A stretch of 64,000 nt of DNA, taken from NCBI RefSeq assembly GCF_022045235.1, contig NW_027266268.1, positions 6,138,001-6,202,000 on the forward strand. Direction: 5' to 3'. The notes beneath the pieces were generated by a model that worked only from the letters and a program-made list of their open reading frames with translations, did no database searches and was not told the origin of the DNA. A program made the translations under genes and the position numbers. The DNA is from Haliotis cracherodii. Taxonomy: Eukaryota. The stretch's first letter is position 1, and each line of letters opens with the position of its first letter. Shown here piece by piece: positions 33,474 through 46,455 of the stretch.

Positions 33474-36400
33474 ATGGCTAGGCGTGTAGCGATCATTGGA
33501 GCCGGGTGTAGCGGTCTCACTGCCATCAAATGTTGTATAGACGAAAAGCTGGAGCCGTTTTGTTTTGAGCGAACTGACGAGCTCGGGGGATTATGGAATT
33601 TCACGGAAAAAGTCCGCGAGGATCAGGGATGCGTGATGAAGTCGACTGTCATCAACACCAGCAAAGAGATGATGTGTTACAGCGACTTTCCTATACCCAA
33701 AGAGTTCCCCAATTTCATGCATAACACGCAGGTAAACGCAATACCTATATCGCATGTGCAGATGTTTGCTTGCATTAAATGGGGCACTATATGGGTTGCA
33801 AATTTTATTGAAATTGTATTAATGGTAAAATCATCTGTACGACAGGTGACACTGACCTTGTTATTATTTCCGATTGGCTGAATGTTATGCAACTTGTTGG
33901 TGATTTGTTTATCCCAATTTGTGCGCCAGCACTGATTAACATTTTTCTCATATTAACAATCAGTATAAGGCACTATCAGCATTCTTTGCTCATTTTGCCT
34001 GTGTATAAATTATGCAAATAAGCCCGTTTTACGCCAAAGATATTTTCCCTGTCAAGCGGGGCAAACCACGATCGAGAGGGTTTCTCATGCGCTTTGTCTT
34101 TAGTTTCCCGGAGCTGCACATACACAGCAGCAATGCCTAATGTTCTCGACATGAAGGGAAAGTTGACTATTGGTATGTTGAAGTCATCCCTCTTGTCATT
34201 CATTCTTGTGGAGAGCGTTTTGTCACTCTGAATCTGGGGGCACGGGTGGCCCTGTCGTCTAAGGCGCCGCGATTCGCTGTGCAGAGTTGCGTCCCTTGGG
34301 CACGCCAGAAACCTGATTGTTGGTTCGAATCCCGGCTCACCCCGATTATGTTTCTAGGTTTGTCAGCACCATACCTGTGCTCGTGGGTTTCACCGAAGTG
34401 GTTAAACGTCAGAGACCTGCATCACTTCGGGCTTTCCTCCCACATTAAGCTGACACGCTGTGATATAACTGTATTACTGTTAAAAGCGGCTTTAAACCCA
34501 ACTCACTCACTCACTCAGAATCTTTATACATAGATCTAAAAATGAAATAGAAGAGGTGGTCTGACTAGTCTCCTTTATTTCTAGTTTCACATATTGTTTT
34601 CTCAGTAAACTTCAGATGGCATTCACTTTCATTTTAAACAAATTATCCTGAACCTCTGAATATAGATACGTCACGGTATCTGTGGTCACCACGTTTTGTA
34701 ACAAAGCCCAATGAATCAAGGAAAGAAGTTTTCTTTTTCCTTACATTTGTCCTGTGGGTAGTGGTGTACAAAGTGGAACAATCAGATGTTTTGACAGAAT
34801 GGAACTTGGTTCTTTTCTGAGAATGCAAGACGTGAAGACAATCCTTTGAGTTTTTATACTTCATGTAAATGGTAATACGGTACCTTCTCTTTTCCAATGA
34901 CGATCATACTCTAGATAGAGCCACCCGCCGTGATATTGCTGGGATATTGCTAAACGTAGCGTAAAAAAACACTCACTCACTCACTGACTCATAATCAAAA
35001 GCACGTGTTCGCCAAGCGTTATCTCACTTAAATGATGACTCGACTTATTTTGTGACCCACATAACGATCTACTGATAACTGACCTACTTCAGGACACGCA
35101 AACGGGTACGAGACGGCTGACGGGATCGGGTGTTCAAGGCTCGCTGACATGGTTGTTGCATGTCATCATGCATAATCGTGATACAAAAAAATATTATTAA
35201 AAATTATTATTCTCACCATCCGCCCAATGCTAAAATNNNNNNNNNNNNNNNNNNNNNNNNNNNNNNNNNNNNNNNNNNNNNNNNNNNNNNNNNNNNNNNN
35301 NNNNNNNNNNNNNNNNNNNNNNNNNNNNNNNNNNNNNNNNNNNNNNNNNNNNNNNNNNNNNNNNNNNNNNNNNNNNNNNNNNNNNNNNNNNNNNNNNNNN
35401 NNNNNNNNNNNNNNNNNNNNNNNNNNNNNNNNNNNNNNNNNNNNNNNNNNNNNNNNNNNNNNNNNNNNNNNNNNNNNNNNNNNNNNNNTAACAACGGCAG
35501 TACACAATTGAGTGGGAGTACAATATTCAATGGCAGTATAAGATGTGAGAGCAGTGGAAATGAGAATGACAAGAATGATACTGACCTCGCCGCAACAGTG
35601 GTCAAGCTTCCGAGATAGGCCTAGGCTGAACAACAATGGTGAAAAGTGATCTTCACGCGAAGGCTGGTCTTGATGTAATGTCAGATGAAATGTGAGATGA
35701 GACAGGGGCGCGCCCATTCCACTAATATGGTCTAACCATCTTCAAGCACTTTCTACACAGTGCCAGACCAGTCCAGTGTCACTTGAACATCACAGAATAT
35801 CCACATGTTTCTAAATCGCTTGACATTCATCCATGCTCTTCCGGACGTTTGCAGATAATTCGAGCATCTAAATATAATGACCCCCTCACCACTGCTTACA
35901 TTAAATACTGTTACACTCTTGACAACTAATCATTGGTCAATAAACTTCCACTGAATGTCAACAGATTCAATGTAATACAGTTACAATCATTGTTTAACAT
36001 TAAAACAGTCATATAACAGTGTCAATCAGTGGATTGTCTGGTTCAGACTCGATTATTTCAGACCGCCGTCATATAACATGAATATTGCTGAGTGTGGTGT
36101 AAAACAACAAACAAACCAAACATGCGAACGATTAACGAATACCTGTCAATATGTATGTAAATAATCGAATCTGGACCAGACAAGCCACTACTGACTGACA
36201 CCATGAGCATCGATCTACGCAATTGTGATACTATGCACTGGACTCTGTGTTCTCAAATGAATCTTCCCGAGGCAGGGGATAAGAGAGGTGTCTGATGGGA
36301 GGGACAAAGAAGGAATATATAACTCGTAATAGACCTTCACACAAGTAGTGACATCACCAGATACTCGACCTATTATTATAATTTTTGTTATTATAATTTG

Positions 36401-36955
36401 TCAAATTATAAAATGTATATCACGGTTCATGCACTGTAATAGGTTTGTGTGTAAGAGAACTTATCATAAGAATTGCGGTTCATTTTGCTACAAACCAAAC
36501 CAAAAGCTAGAGAAAAACTATTCAGGTGACCTCATGACTCTATTGACAAGTTTTCTGACTCCAGGTATGGCAGTATTTCAAGATGTACGCAGATGCCTTC
36601 AACCTGAGCAAACACATCCAATACAACAAAGAGATCCTGTCTGTGAAGAAGTCGATTGACTACGAGCAGACCGGAAGATGGGATCTGCAGGTCAGAGATC
36701 ACAGGACTGGAAGTGAGGAGACGCAGGTGTTTGACGCGGTGATGGTGTGCACCGGTCATCACGCCAGCAAGAACATGCCGGACTTTACAGGCCAAGATGA
36801 CTTCCAGGGGAAGATCCTTCACTCTCACGACTACAAGGACTGGACCGGGTACACTGGGAAGAGGGTGGTGGTTGTCGGGGTCGGCAACTCAGGCGGGGAC
36901 GCAGCTGTGGAGCTGAGCAGAGTGGGGCAGGTGCGAGAGGACATTAAATGACACA

Positions 36956-37007
<52 letters not shown>

Positions 37008-38073
37008 CTGGCTGTGGGCGGATTGATATTCATTCACTCTGTTGTCTCCTAAATATTTAAAGGCACGGTTAAAAAAGAATTGGATCCCATATATGAGTTT
37101 CTACAATGCATGAAGACCTGATTGTTGTTTCCACAGGTGTTTCTTAGCACGAGGCGCGGTACCTGGGTGATCAACAGAATTGCTGACAATGGTATCCCTG
37201 CCGATTTGAAACTATCAACACGTTTTACCAATCAGATTCGACACGCCTTGTCCCTGGAAACAGTAAACGGTATACTTCAGAAACGCCTGAATAAACGTTT
37301 CGACCACGAGCTATACTCCTTGAAACCTAAACACTCGGTGCTTGCCCAACACCCTACAGTAAACGATGACATGCCCAATAGAATCGCGACTGGCCTTTTG
37401 AAGATTAAGACTGACATCAAGAGGTTTACCAAGACTGGCGTGGAGTTTGTTGACGGGACGGTGGAAGATAACATAGACGTTATCATACTGGCTACAGGGT
37501 ATATATTCGGCTTCCCGTTTATTGACAAGTCTGTGATCGATGTTCAGAAGAATAAGGTTAAGATGTTCAAGTATATGTTTCCACCTGACCTGCCGAAACA
37601 GACCTTGGTGGTGATTGGTTGTTTTCAACCTCTCGGCGCCATTATGCCCCTTGCGGAATTACAGTGTCGCCTAGCAACCAGAGTATTCAAAGTAAGCTAT
37701 TTTCTTTTTTTCTGGTTAGTTGCTGAGAAAATGTCTTTACGGGAAAATATCTGTCACTCATATATTGTTTGGAATGTTAAACCAAACCGTATTGAAACGG
37801 AAGTTTGTACATCCGTCTCGTGTGTGTATTCCATGGTATTCCATATGTCTTGTTCTCTGTCAACCAGGGCACCTGCACTCTCCCGTCAAAGTACGAGATG
37901 TGGGCGGACATTGGGAAGAAGGAGGCGGCCATGGCTGCGAGATATGTCGAGTCCCAGCGACACACAATCCAGGTTGACTACGTCGACTTCATGGACGAAC
38001 TAGCGGAACTTGTAGGATGTCGACCAGCTATAGGTGAGGACTGGGTTATCGCCCCTACGACATAAACCTTCTT

Positions 38074-38160
<87 letters not shown>

Positions 38161-41100
38161 CAGTTTTATACAACATTTCTAAATGACATGGCATGATAAA
38201 TATACATGGACAAATTTCGTATAACATCAGTGTTACTTACGATATTAGAGTGACAAATTTTTGAATACTTGGATTAACATAAGTATTTTAAGTATATACT
38301 CTCAGATTACCATATGTATTACATATTAACAGGAAGTGATATTCATCTTCACTAAGATCTACATTACACTGATTACAAATTCTTAATTGTCTACATATAT
38401 GTATATGTTTTCCCAATTCAATCATTAGTTTGTGGGAACTACATCCATATTGTGTTAAGGAAATTCTATATTTTCTAATATTGACATAAAAAGATAGGTT
38501 TCTGTGTATATAAGAGATTAGATGAAAGTAAAAACATTCAGAGTAGGCACCATTGTTTTTAACACATGATTTTACATCTTTATAAAAAAACACAACAGTT
38601 TTCCCATCTTATTACTTGTATCATGGGAACGAAACATTAACTACATTTGGTTTCTACAAATAGAATCGAATGCTTTTGAAAAATTCTATGAATATTACAT
38701 ACAGCTTGCCTCCTTTTGTTCTGATATATCGGTTTTTAATAGTCTGTGGTATAAACACATTATCAATGTACCCACTTCTAAATCCAGCTCCTCAACAATT
38801 TTATCTAAAGATTCGGACCAAAATGTCAAATGTTTATTAATAATTGAAATAAAATATTTGCTAAATATATTTGAAAGTGTAATACCTCTGTAATTATTTA
38901 AGATCCTTTCTTATGAAGAGGAACAATAGCACCGAATGCCAAATGTTTGGGAAAGGAGGAAATTTCCAAAATAGTGTTGACTGATAATTAAAGATATGGT
39001 AATATTGCCTCAAAAGAATATTTTTAAAATTCCGATGTTAACCCATGCATATCAGGACTTGTTTTTAAAATTTTGAACAGTTGCTATAATTTCGTCACTA
39101 GTTATTGATAGATCCAAAATATCAGTGGCCAAACTACATTCACTATCAAATCCTATATCCAGTGCATATCATCTGAAGCATCTGTAGAATCTGTACCCCT
39201 GAAAATACCCTTGTATCATTCATATAAAGCGGCCAAACCCTTTCCATATGCAATAGAAATATCTGCATAAAGCAGAGTCGATTGTGCAATTCCGAATATA
39301 TCATGAACATGTGTTACTGAATCACTATCAAATAGTAATGATACCAGGTGTTCGCAAAAAGGTGAGCGTATCCTGGCCCACCGGTGGCACCCGTCACAAA
39401 CACATGCAAAGGCAAGTCAGTTGTTCACCTGAAAAGAAATGGAAACTTGTGGCACAAGTCAAAATAGGGAATTTCATCGGACATCACTTTGGTCACTGAT
39501 ACGTCAAATTTGGAATGTCCTCCACATGTCTACCATAAAACTTTTTGAAAGGTTTAATGAGCCTGCAATGTTGTAACCTTGATCAAACAACTTCTCAACC
39601 AATGGTCTATTTCTATACTATTGTTTCCTACGTTTTTAAAGTTAACTTTTCGTAATATTGCCCAGAATTCTTTTTTACGAGGAAATCTTTCTTTTGGCAT
39701 CTCTCTGTTTTGATAAAAAAAATAATTGCTTCTTCAGTCTGCATGTAGTCGTATATTCATTTCGAACAGAGAGTGCGTCCCTTTCCTTCTTTTTCTGAAA
39801 TTGTTTCAGTTAATACAACTTTCCTTTTTATGTAATAAACACTCCCAGTCAAACCAATGAATTCCATAAATAATAATGTTATTTCTCCTACCAGTTCTCG
39901 CGAGGTCCTCTGTTCGTGATTCCAACCCATTCAAATAGTAAAATACATCATGAACCTGATTGTTTACAGCACAAATGTCAAGTCGAAAACATTTTGTTCT
40001 TCTTTTGTTTTGTTTTGTTTTTAATTTCTGTTACAGATCCGTGACGTCACCCGTGAAGATCCGTGTTAGAATAGGTCTTCAGCAACCCATACTTGCTTTA
40101 AAAGGCGATAATGCTTGTAGTAAGAGGCGACTAACGGGATCGGGTGGTCAGGCTTGCTGACTTGGTTGATGCATGTCATCGTATCCAAATTGCGTAGATC
40201 GATGCTCATGATGTCAATCACTCAATCACTGGATTGTCTTGTCCAGACTCGATTATTTACAGACCGTCGCCATATAGCTAGAATACTGCTGAGTGCGACG
40301 CTAAAAAACAAACAAACAAATAAACGTCACCACGAATCATATTCATTACCTTTCTCATTGAGATTATTTCATTTTTTATTTTTGCATTCTTTTATTTGAT
40401 CAATGATCGCAGCTTTCATATCTTCTAGCATTTTGCATAAACGTTCTTGGATTCATTTCTGTATCACCTGACAGGTACAGAAGTAGAGGTGAATAGGGGG
40501 GCTACACAACATGCTATGCGAGAAGAGGTCCACTTTTCGATATAACAACAAAGGTGATCAATTGTATTCAAAAAGGCAAAGGTCCACACATGGCGATTTT
40601 GATTGATATGGTTGGCTTTTGTCATACCTGCAGTGTAGGCTGAGAGCTACAACTGTGTACACAGAAGTAGTCGGTACCCTATGTCCTAAGATGTTATAAT
40701 TATGTTCTATCGCTGGAAGGACACCCTGTTTTGTTTTTCGGTGATGAACGCCAAGATCAGCAATATTCTAGTTATTTGAGAGCATCTATAGGTGAGGACT
40801 TGGTCATATGTACCATTGAACGACACCTTCCTAAGTTTGTATCTGTTGCTGAATTAGTAAGCAATGCCACGACAGGGTACACCAGAAATGGGCTTCACAC
40901 ATTGTACCCATGTGGAGAATCGAACCCGGGCCTTAACAGAATTGCATAGAAACAACGTCATAGGCCGCTTGCAGGCAGGGGAATCCCGATCAGCTGTAGC
41001 CAGGGTTTCAATGTAGCGCCCAGCACCATTATCAGGCTATGGGATCGATTTCAACAGCAGCAACACGTGATCGGCGAAGGTCGGGCGACCAAGAAACGTT

Positions 41101-43928
41101 TAAGAGCACGAAACCGTTTAAGAGCAACAGGTCTACGAGCAAGACGTCCTGTTCGAAGCGTCATATTGAGTCGACAACATCGTCAACATCGAATGCATCG
41201 GTGCGATGGAGAGGTGTCTGGTTTAGCCACGAATCAAGATTTCTCCTCCGTCGAGGGGATGGATGAGCACGGGTCTACAGACGTCGGGGAGAACGTTACG
41301 CCGGAAACTGCTTACAGGAAGTGGACAGGTTTGGTGGGGGCAGCGTTATGATGTGGGGGGATATTTGATTTGAACCCGATAGAGCACCTTTGGGATGAAT
41401 TGGATAGACGTCTTCGTCGACGTCAACCACAACCCCAGACGTTACAGCAGTTGGTTTTTGCAGGGCAAGTGGGCTACCATTCCCACTGAGATGACTACAA
41501 TCACCAAGTGTTCTCTCCAAAACATTTTGGCTCAGTACCTTGTACGGTTCCTCGTACAAATGTATACTGAACCGCAAAAAAACGTCACCCCAAGCAACAT
41601 TGCATGAAAAGTTAAATATCTGGGTACTTTTGGTCAAAGTTTCTAAATTTTAACATTTCCTTGACCGGAAAAATGAAATTTGAAAAAAATGAAAAACAAA
41701 GCAGATGACAATAAAACCGATCGCCCAAACGTATCACGGCAACGGCCATGGTAACCCGATACACGTGAGTTCCGTGCAAATTGAACATGCGCATGCGTTC
41801 CCCGAATTATTGCCCTATAAAAATCCACCTAAATCGGATAACATTCATTCGTTATTGAATTGCTACCACATGCCAAGATTGACAAGAAATCAGCGTCACC
41901 AAGCCCTTGGACGATTGCAAACTGGACAAACCACCCGGCAAGTAGCCAGTGCATTTCAAGTCCATGTAAGGACCATATACAGGCTCCAGCGACGGTACCA
42001 GACCACCAACACTACAGATGACCGACCAGTAGTGGAAGACCAAGGGTAACTACCCGACGTCAGGATCGTCAGATTGTGCGACAGCATCTTCAAGATCGAT
42101 TTGTTACTACTGCAGAAACTGCTCGACAGACCATGGGGACACACCAACGACACATTAGTGCGGACACTGTGCGTCGACGTTTGACGAGCAGACACCTCCA
42201 CTGTCACAGACCACACAGTGGACCCATTCTGACACCACGTCATCGCCGGGACCGTCTTCAGTGGGAAACACAGCACCAACATCTGTGCCACCAGCAGTGG
42301 AGAAGAGTCCTCTTCTCAGACGAGAGCCGTTACTGTATCTCAACAGCAGATGGCAGAGGGAGATTCTGACGACGCCGTGGGGAATGTTATTTGGATGTTT
42401 GTGTTGTTGAGAGAGAATCGTGGGGTGGTCCGAGCATCATGGTCTGGGGTGGAATCGGTCTTGCACAGAGGGTCGGCCCTGTGGTATGCCAGAGAGGCAA
42501 TAGTGTCACAGCAGCTCGGTACATTAATAAAGTCTTGAGTCCACACGTAATACCTCATTTGGCACGTCGCCGCAACCACGAGTTTCAGCATGTTAACACC
42601 CGTGCCCACACTGCGAGAGGAACAAGAGCCTTCCTCCAGCCGAATGGCATCAGAACCATGCAGTGGCCTGTCCTCAGTTTAAATCCCATTGAGCACCTGT
42701 GGGACGAGATTCAAAGACGGCTGAATGACGTCTGACCCAGGCCGACAACTGCAGCTGAATTGCGTCAGGCGTTCCTCAGAATGTGGGCTCAAGTGCCTAT
42801 GACCTTCATCAACCGCCTCATCCATTCCATGTCTCGACGTTGCACGGCAGTCATCAATGCACATGGCGGACACACGAGATACTGACTTTCTCAGAGATAA
42901 GTTTTGTGTTTCACTTTAACAACATTTGACACTTTAATTTCAACATTGATAATCAGTTTTGCCAAGTTTCATCTTTTTAATATGTCTCAAAGTATGTTTA
43001 CAGTGTTTAAGGTTTCTCATATATCTATCCATGGTGATGTTTGTTTTGCGGCTCAGTATATTTCCTACCTCAGATAAATCTGGCTTTGCGTTGTTTTTAT
43101 ATATAAGAGTATATATCGGGGAGTACTGTTCTTCGCCTTACTACCATACCTTGTTGTGTAAAGCTAGCTTTGGGACTATCTCCCATTGTGCCGTTCCTTA
43201 CCTGACCTTACCTGACCTCACCTGACCTCACTTAAACTCACGTGACCTTAACTGACCTCACCTGACCTCATGTGACCTTACCTGACCTTAACTGACCTCA
43301 CCTGACCTCACCTGACCTAACCTGACCTTACCTGACTACCTGTCCGTCGCCCATATGATACACTTTCTTGCTTATTCGTTGATTAACACCCAGATCCTTT
43401 AAATGATCCAGTGTGACCAGGCAATCCAGTGATCATGAGAATCGATCCATGCAGTTGGGAAACGATGGCATACAATCATGACACATACTCGTATATTGGA
43501 ATTTACGTCTATACCTGAATGTGACTTTTAAGAAATGTTACTTTCGTTCTGAAACAATCTTAATGAGCTCTTCTATTGCTTGAACTGTTAGAGACACAGA
43601 ACGTACGTTCCTGGTCCGCTTTTTAATCTGACCACAATGAAATATTGTTGCTACTCCTAATTCTGTTCAAGGTCATCTACTGTTGATCGATCCGAAACTT
43701 GGACTCAAGTGCTACTTCGGCCCAACCACCCCCTACCAATACCGCCTGAGGGGGCCGGGAACGTGGTCAGGGGCCCGGGAGGCCATAATGACCCAGACAG
43801 ATAGAGTGGAGTACGCCTTTAAGACCAGACCTCTCCCTGAAGGTACAGAGACACAGTCGTCCTACAGACTCCTCACACTGGTGTTGGTGGTGCTGGTCAT
43901 TGCCGTCCTTTACCAACTGTTCTTTTAA
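33474..43928 (+). CDS. FMO5: FMO5-like copy C; join(33474..33731,36565..36930,37137..37691,37868..38033,43672..43928), 533 aa
   Basis: Same motifs (fingerprint [11 protein letters not shown]); GT-AG introns; open frame. An N gap lies inside intron 1. Confidence 0.93.
34140..34203 (-). mobile_element. Short Penelope-type reverse transcriptase fragment
   Basis: [17 protein letters not shown] motif. Confidence 0.5.
34236..34510 (+). mobile_element. SINE family 2
   Basis: Full length; TSD TCACTC(T/A)GAATCT at 34223 and 34511. Confidence 0.85.
35237..35488. other. Assembly gap (N run) in FMO-C intron 1
   Basis: Run of n. Confidence 1.
36955..37007. repeat. (GCAC)n microsatellite
   Basis: Direct inspection. 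Confidence 0.95.
38074..38160. repeat. (TAGA)n microsatellite
   Basis: Direct inspection. Confidence 0.95.
38280..39900 (-). mobile_element. Decayed non-LTR retrotransposon (LINE) fragments
   Basis: [16 protein letters not shown] motif (~38900-38860) and C-terminal [10 protein letters not shown]...RICNQC...[10 protein letters not shown] zinc-knuckle-like region. Confidence 0.7.
40050..40322 (+). mobile_element. SINE-like family 3
   Basis: Sequence match; short TSD ACGTCACC. Confidence 0.8.
40945..41460 (+). mobile_element. Highly decayed Tc1-like transposase fragment
   Basis: [24 protein letters not shown] and [11 protein letters not shown] remnants. Confidence 0.7.
41565..43058 (+). mobile_element. 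Near-full-length Tc1/mariner transposon with an inactivated transposase (41870..42885)
   Basis: ~26-bp imperfect TIRs (TACTGA(A/G)CCGCAAAA...TCACC); TA TSD; TATA at ~41816; FSDES, QHVN (catalytic D lost) and LNPIEHLW; one frameshift and two stops. Confidence 0.9.
43201..43336. repeat. Expanded 10-bp (CCTGACCTYA)n array with 12 perfect TGACCT half-sites in DR4 phase
   Basis: Counted directly. Confidence 0.9.
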
Positions 43929-44934
43929 AAGCGATGTGACGAGTTTGTAGAGTTGTGTTTGCTCGCTGTTGTATTATCTTATATTCAGATATTTACATAA
44001 TTTACACTTTGGAAATTCAAGATCAGGGAAATCAATACTATCGTCGCTTTTACCTTTGACATGGCCACTGACAATTATTACTTCGTCGGGGAAAGGTCAG
44101 AAAACGGAATCCCCAAATCAACGTAAATACTGCTGAAATCTTAATCGGCTATACCACGTCTACGCCTCGAATGTGATTATGCTGCTGAATTAAATTTTCA
44201 CACGCGGAATAATAACATGCGTCCGAGACCTACTTAATATATTTAACTTAGTTATGATGATACGGGGGCACGGGTGGCCCAGTCGTCTAAGGCGCCGCGG
44301 TTCGCTGGGCACGCCAGAAACCCCGCATTTTTTTTTTATAGGAAACATTTTTATTTGAATCGGTGCTTGTCTGGTACACCGTACCATACCATTGGAAAAC
44401 TTAAACAACTATGGGACTGGTCAGCTTAGATTTTACGTCGTTGCTTTGACACTGACAACTTGACATTCTTTGAGGGTGGGGAGGGGGTCGGTGTGCCGAA
44501 ATGCTTTTTGCGCCAAAGAATAATGACGTATTGCCTCATGTTTAACCAGAAACAAGATGTTCTATAGCCCTGTCGCATGTGGCTACTGGATGACCTACTC
44601 TGGGTTGTTTTGCCTTTTATTTAAAACATGCTGCTGAATCAACCAGTAACATGATGTTTACACAGTTTTGTAATGTTTTGTAATGTGTGCATGTTTTTCC
44701 TTTAGCTCGCTTGTATTATATTTAATATTAATATACATAAACTAATTAATGTACTGTATTAATATGTACATTTCTTAAATGTCTTACATTTTGGAAACTA
44801 CAAGATCTGTATACTGTATTAATATGAATAAACTACTTATTGAACTGTATTGATATGTATAAACTGCTCAAATGTCTTACATTTTGGAAGCTACAAGATC
44901 TGTATACTGTATACTGAATTGGTTTGTGTAAGCA

Positions 44935-46455
44935 ACTATATATGAACCCTTTATGTACTGTATTCATATATATGAACCCCTTAATGTACTGTATTCATAT
45001 ATATGAACACCTTAATGTACTGTATTCATATATATGAACCCCTAATGTACTGTATTCATATATATGAACTCCTTTATGTACTGTATTCATATATATGAAC
45101 TCCTTTATGTACTGTATTCATATATATGAACACCTATTTGTACTGTATTCATATATATGAACCCCTTAATGTACTGTATTCATATATATGAACTCCTTTA
45201 TGTACTGTATTCATATATATGAACACCTTAATGTACTGTATTCATATAAATGAACTACTTAATGTACTGTATTCATATATATGAACCCTTTATGTACTGT
45301 ATTCATACATATGAACCCCTAAATGTACTGTATTCATACATATGAACCCTTTAATGTACTGTATTCATATATATGAATTCCTTAATGTACTGTATTCATA
45401 TATATGAACTCCTTTATGTACTGTATTCATATATATGAACACCTTAATGTACTGTATTCATATATATGAACTACTTAATGTACTGTATTCATATATATGA
45501 ACCCTTTATGTACTGTATTCATATATATGAACCCCTTAATGTACTGTATTCATATATATGAACTCCTTTATGTACTGTATTCATACATATAAACACCTTA
45601 ATGTACTGTATTCATATATATGAACCCCTAATGTACTGTATTCATATATATGAACTCCTTTATGTACTGTATTCAGATATATGAACTCCTTTGTGTACTG
45701 TATTCATATATATGAACTCCTTTATGTAGTGTATTCATATATATGAACACCTTAATGTACTGTATTCATATATATGAACTACTTAATGTACTGTATTCAT
45801 ATATATGAACCCTTTATGTACTGTATTCATACATATGAACCCCTAAATGTACTGTATTCATACATATGAACCCTTTAATGTACTGTATTCATATATATGA
45901 ATTCCTTAATGTACTGTATTCATATATATGAACTCCTTTATGTACTTTATTCATATATATGAACACCTTAATGTACTGTATTCATATATATGAACTACTT
46001 AATGTACTGTATTCATATATATGAACCCTTTATGTACTGTATTCATATATATGAACCCCTTAATGTACTGTATTCATATATATGAACCCCTAATGTACTG
46101 TATTCATATATATGAACTCCTTTATGTACTGTATTCAGATATATGAACTCCTTTGTGTACTGTATTCATATATATGAACTCCTTTATGTAGTGTATTCAT
46201 ATATATGAACACCTTAATGTACTGTATTCATATATATGAACCCTTTATGTACTGTATTCATATATATGAACCCCTTAATGTACTGTATTCATACATATGA
46301 ACCCTTTAATGTACTGTATTCATATATATGAATTCCTTAATGTACTGTATTCATATATATGAACTCCTTTATGTACTGTATTCATATATATGAACTACTT
46401 AATGTACTGTATTCATATATATGAACTACTTAATGTACTGTATTCATATATATGT
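44935..46455. repeat. ~31-bp AT-rich minisatellite with internal palindrome TTCATATATATGAA
   Basis: Direct inspection; roughly 49 units. Confidence 0.95.

Noticed and set aside
25415-36930. Pseudo-exon 1 as an alternative first exon spliced to FMO-C exon 2
   Set aside because: A frameshift and stop follow GAG directly, and the conserved upstream block is deleted.
44935-46455. CRISPR-like appearance of ~31-bp palindromic repeats
   Set aside because: Units are contiguous with no unique spacers, there are no cas genes, and the context is eukaryotic.
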